The notes below the pieces were generated by a model, which was given only the letters and a program-made list of their open reading frames with translations, was not told the origin of the DNA and did no database searches. DNA of 64,000 nucleotides from Klebsiella phage HMGUkp2. The DNA is taken from sequence record PV683292.1; one strand, 5' to 3'. Below, piece by piece: positions 63,046 through 64,000 of this stretch. Every line of letters begins with the position of its first letter. Positions within the stretch are counted from its first letter, which is position 1. The translations under genes and the position numbers were made by a program.

Positions 63046-63128
63046 GGGTCGTTGGCTGAGAGGGGAAGCGACGGACTGTTAATCCGTGTCTTAGGACAAG
63101 GCAGGTTCGATACCTGCACGGCCCGCCA
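63046..63128 (+). tRNA. type II (long variable arm) tRNA with apparent GUU anticodon; identity uncertain (Tyr/Leu/Ser-like architecture)
   Basis: Acceptor GGGTCGT/ACGGCCC; 3-bp D stem; anticodon arm ACGGA-CTGTTAA-TCCGT; 13-nt variable arm GTCTTAGGACAAG; T arm GCAGG-TTCGATA-CCTGC; encoded CCA. Confidence 0.6.
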
Positions 63129-63545
63129 AATAAGAAGCGAGACCAAACCGGTAATGACCTTGTTGAGGCCTAGCCCAGATGGATGCGCACTCGCAAGTCG
63201 TCGAACTGACGTTCCCTGTTATACAGGTCCCTCATTGAAACCAGGTATATCACAACTTGAAGCGGCGCAGGAAGATACTAGTTATCTTTCGAGGTATAGC
63301 GATTCAGTTAATGTGTTAACAAAGATTATATCTGTGCACGGGTATATGAGAGCCATTAACGCTTATTCAGCTTTCCGGAAAGCTTGAGAGATTCGTATCC
63401 CTGCGAAAGATAATTACATGGCAGTCTAAAGAGATGAGTTAGAGGTCCGTAAGTAAATGCCGGGACCGAAGTGGATTGTTCCCACATAGCGTGCTATGTG
63501 TACTACATCAAGCTACTTGTTTGTACTCTTTAGACCCGGATTCAG
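63129..63545 (+). ncRNA. about 400-nt hairpin-rich non-coding region inside the tRNA cluster (candidate small stable RNAs, analogous to T4 species 1/2 RNAs)
   Basis: No tRNA cloverleaf; perfect palindromes AGCTTTCCGGAAAGCT (63373-63388) and CACATAGCGTGCTATGTG (63484-63502), plus GTCC...GGAC; the overlapping 111-aa ORF 63052-63387 runs through tRNAs and is not credible. Confidence 0.3.
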
Positions 63546-63622
63546 GGCCCTGTAGCTCAATCGGTAGAGCGTTCCCCTCATAAGGGAGTGGTTGCATGTT
63601 CGAGTCTTTGCCAGGGTCACCA
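63546..63622 (+). tRNA. second CAU-anticodon tRNA (Met/Ile2), with weak or aberrant T-stem
   Basis: Acceptor GGCCCTG/CAGGGTC (one GU); D arm GCTC-AATCGGTA-GAGC; anticodon arm TTCCC-CTCATAA-GGGAG; T region GCATG-TTCGAGTC-TTTGC pairs poorly; 3' A-CCA encoded. Confidence 0.5.
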
Positions 63623-63748
63623 AAATGTAAGGGGTGGAAATATCTTCAGGACCTCCAATACAGGACCCTGCGGCCCACCCCAAGGTATACGGTTCGAGGA
63701 CGTATTGACTTTTCTCCAGGGTGACACGTTTGGCGGCGTGCCTGTCGA

Positions 63749-63830
63749 GGAAACGATTTACCGGCCTTATAAAAATGTAGTTCAACGCCAATTGTTCTAT
63801 AACCTGGTTCGAGTCCAGGCGTTCCGTCCA
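63749..63830 (+). ncRNA. tRNA-like element: canonical T arm CCTGG-TTCGAGT-CCAGG + CGTTCCG-T-CCA 3' end without a recognisable upstream cloverleaf
   Basis: T loop and CCA end are textbook, but no 5' acceptor strand complementary to CGTTCCG and no D or anticodon arms could be found by eye. Confidence 0.3.
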
Positions 63831-63852
63831 ATCAACTACTGAGAAAAATATT

Positions 63853-64000
63853 ATGACTATCCTAAATGAAGATTTACTTCCTTGCCCGTTCTGTGGCGAA
63901 AAATTCCCTTTTACGTATATCAGTTATAGTTGTTGTGTGTTAGAATGCAAATGCGGCGTTGGCATTGCCGGTTGTAAAGGTGGCGTTACTGTCGTGTATG
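63853..64000 (+). CDS. 5' fragment of a Cys-rich hypothetical protein (continues past window end)
   Basis: MTILNEDLLPCPFCGEKFPF...CKCGVGIAGCKGG; RBS GAGAAAAA. Confidence 0.3.
   Translation, partial: MTILNEDLLPCPFCGEKFPFTYISYSCCVLECKCGVGIAGCKGGVTVVY

Noticed and set aside
63052-63387. 111-aa ORF MAERGSDGLL…
   Set aside because: Runs straight through a tRNA gene (63046-63128) and the hairpin-rich RNA region; no RBS; translation is implausible.

Overview
This window reads as a segment of a T4-like (Tevenvirinae, Tequatrovirus-type) lytic myovirus genome, and is not bacterial chromosome. Gene content and order are collinear with phage T4 from cd through gene 57B and the tRNA cluster, in reverse orientation relative to T4 numbering.

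On the + strand, early and middle genes run: a 3' fragment of a DAHP-synthase-like gene, dCMP deaminase (cd), two small ORFs, co-chaperonin gp31, an rIII-like ORF, and a hypervariable block of about ten small ORFs. These are followed by a HAD hydrolase, DNA ligase gp30 and an Alt-like ADP-ribosyltransferase.

Next comes the late baseplate-hub module 54-48-29-28-27-51 (- strand) and 26-25 (+ strand), then uvsY, uvsW.1 and uvsW, then inh-hoc-rnlB (RNA ligase 2).

A long - strand late structural block follows. It comprises two gp24 paralogs, 23, 22, 21, 68, 67, 20, 19, an HNH endonuclease, 18, 17, 16, 15, a second HNH endonuclease, 14, 13, wac, 12, 11, 10, 9, 8, 7, 6, 5.4, a 5.1-like ORF, 5 and 53.

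On the + strand the window ends with 4, 2, 3, 1 (dNMP kinase), 57A, 57B (Acb1-type 2H phosphoesterase), several small ORFs, and a tRNA/small-RNA cluster.

Regulatory signals match T4 classes:
- sigma70 early promoters of the form GTTTACA-N17-TAtAgT;
- MotA-type middle promoters of the form TGCTTTA-N12-TATTAT;
- late promoters TATAAATA, several of them divergent or palindromic;
- GC hairpin terminators, including a repeated AAAAATGGGAG-hairpin/late-promoter cassette and repeated GGGGCTTCGGCCCC UUCG-tetraloop hairpins.

Departures from T4 synteny, reported as findings, are:
- the DAHP-synthase-like fragment upstream of cd;
- a 370-nt structured non-coding region ahead of a small basic protein;
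- a tandem gp24 duplication;
- a frameshifted DprA/Smf-like gene;
- two freestanding HNH endonuclease genes inside the structural module;
- fibritin with a non-foldon C-terminus;
- irregular tRNAs plus a 400-nt hairpin-rich RNA region.

All assignments rest on motif and sequence recognition plus T4 synteny recalled from memory; no database search was run.
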